The position numbers were made by a program, and so were the translations under genes. The notes below the pieces were generated by a model, which was not told the origin of the DNA, searched no databases, and was given only the letters and a program-made list of their open reading frames with translations. Positions 62,150-64,000 of a DNA stretch of 64,000 bases are shown here, piece after piece. The first letter of the stretch is position 1. Each line of letters opens with the position of its first letter. The stretch lies in contig CM068769.1 of NCBI GenBank assembly GCA_035084275.1, positions 930,001-994,000 on the forward strand. The letters are read 5' to 3'. The DNA is from Hydrolagus colliei. Taxonomy: Eukaryota.

Positions 62150-63464
62150 TGTCACATTTATTTAAAGACACTGTTTGCAGAGAGAGTGTTGACAGTGTTG
62201 TTGGGGAATGTTTTCTGGGAGGCAGTAAGAGACCGCGATGATGGCTGAACAGTGAATGATATACAGGAGTTGGAATGTGAGGGAGCAGTACTGAGGTTTA
62301 TGTATAACGACGTTTGTCTACGTCATTCGGCGTCATTTGCTCTGCTCTGCCATCTCGCTCCTCGATTGGTTCTCCTCCACCGCTGACATGTCTCTGAGCA
62401 ACCAGATAACTGACACATGCAGCAAATTGCACCAATAATTATGTTAAAAGTCGTCGAAACACATACATGGTATTCACGCAACTGTACTATCTGCGGATTC
62501 CGATAGCTTAGTGGTATCAACACAACCCACAAGCAACTTGTCTGTGTTAGATTCTTGTAGGTCGAAATCTGCGACAAGTTTCATAACTCTACCCAACCAA
62601 TTATCTTTGCACAGCTATCAGTAGCAGTTCGATTATTTCTCGATTGATCTGGTTGTGTTTCAATGTTCATAATAATTCATAAAATAAGCTATTGAACCCA
62701 CCACTGTTGTGTGACATTGCCGTGCACAAATGGCAGCCTGGTTGGGCCTGCAAATCGCCGAGTCACGATATTTTACAATGTAGTATGTAGCGATTAGTGA
62801 TGTCTCAAGTTGGACATGGTATTCAGTGGAATCCACTGAGTATGTACACAGGGCTAGATAGTGAACTAATCTGTGATAGTTTCACATCCACTAGGGCAGC
62901 TGGCAATTTGGTAAAGAGGTGAAACAATCCTTTGGATGGGAGTTGGATGGTGGTGGGGAGAATTGGGTGTTCAAAGCCAACGGGCAGGCGCCACGTGGCT
63001 TCAGCAGTTTCTCAGATGTCTCTGCTCCAGTTAGTTGAAATTTCCCTTCCTGCTACGTTACCGCTCAAAGCTTCTGGGTTTGGGAAATAAACACATATTT
63101 TTCTAGCATAACTCGTGCATGCAAGATACGTACTGTGCGTTTTAATTCGCTGACTTCAGCTTGATATACTAATATTAACAGTTGCAAATCGTGGGTCTGA
63201 AGAATTGGAAAAGCCATCCAGATAATTGTGAGTATCCAGATCAAACTGTGTACTGTATTTGCGATTGTATTTGCTGAAGCAACTTATTATGGAAGAGCTG
63301 CTAACAGTTTGAATTGATGTAATTTAAAGCCTACCGATGGTTTATTTTGCACCAGCGAATTCCACATCACATCCTCATGCAAACATTAATGGATCGAAGG
63401 CCATTCGCCAATCGATTATCAACCAGAATACAGCTTACTTCTCGCCAGAGAAACCCCAATAGTG

Positions 63465-63880
63465 CTAATCATAGCATTTGATATAGCGCTTTTGACATGA
63501 TATTAAAGTCCCAATGCGCTTCTCATTGTAAAGTGAAACGAAATTAGAAGTTGCTGGGAAAACGCAGTAGGTCAGGAGCATCAATGGAAATAGGGAAACG
63601 AGTCGACCTTTCGGGTCCACGACCCTTCGGCTGAATTTTACAGTATTTTTGTTTGTATACAGTAAAGTGAATTGACTATAGATTTGTGAGCGAAACCCGG
63701 CAGCTGATTGCACACAGAAGTGTCCCAAGAAGCGTCCTGGGTTGAAAATGACCAATATTTATTATTGTTGTTTATTTTTCGGCCGGATTATTATTGCGCA
63801 ATTCAGATAAGGAATGTTTTTCTCTGATCTGGCTGGTCTTACGCTTGTAAGGTGAGTGTTCTAACCACAGAGCTAAAGGA
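63465..63880 (-). mobile_element. tRNA-derived SINE interrupted by another short repeat
   Basis: Reverse family head (gttctaaccacagagct) and tail, with an inserted ...gttgctgggaaaac...tttcgggtccacgacccttc segment also seen near 15970-16060. Confidence 0.6.
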
Positions 63881-64000
63881 GTAGTTGGAACTAATCGCGT
63901 CTTCTAGATGCTACTAAATCTCTACTGGTTGTAAAGTGATGTGGAATGACTGTGTATGTTTCCCGCTAATTGTGGCAGCCATACGTGCATAGCAGTGTAC

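Overview
Vertebrate genomic DNA. The SINE/L2/CR1 repeats, GPCR family and V-gene style point to a cartilaginous fish, probably a chimaera such as the elephant shark (inference). From left to right: (1) a small, mostly decayed tRNA cluster (1.6-5.6 kb); (2) a full-length, lightly mutated epsilon-like class I provirus on the minus strand (6262-15178; LTR-gag-pro-pol-env-LTR, tRNA-Ser(GCT) PBS, CTTC target duplication) whose Pol has a two-HxT-motif 2H-phosphoesterase (CNPase-like) domain between protease and RT; (3) an intact two-exon class A GPCR (GPR139-like) with a GC-AG intron; (4) from about 26 kb onward, an array of minus-strand TCR alpha/delta-type leader+V segments with 23-bp-spacer RSSs in three families (two open, the rest pseudogenes). 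One otherwise open V is split by a second, very young provirus of the same family (28483-35559; LTRs identical by eye, TTGC duplication), in which gag-pro-RT is replaced by 1.7 kb of unidentified sequence. A RUNX motif recurs about 110-125 bp beyond the RSS in all three V families, and paired CTCF-like sites lie in a duplicated spacer. There is a 493-N assembly gap at 42439-42931. No D, J or C segments were found. All coordinates and comparisons were made by eye; repeat boundaries are approximate.
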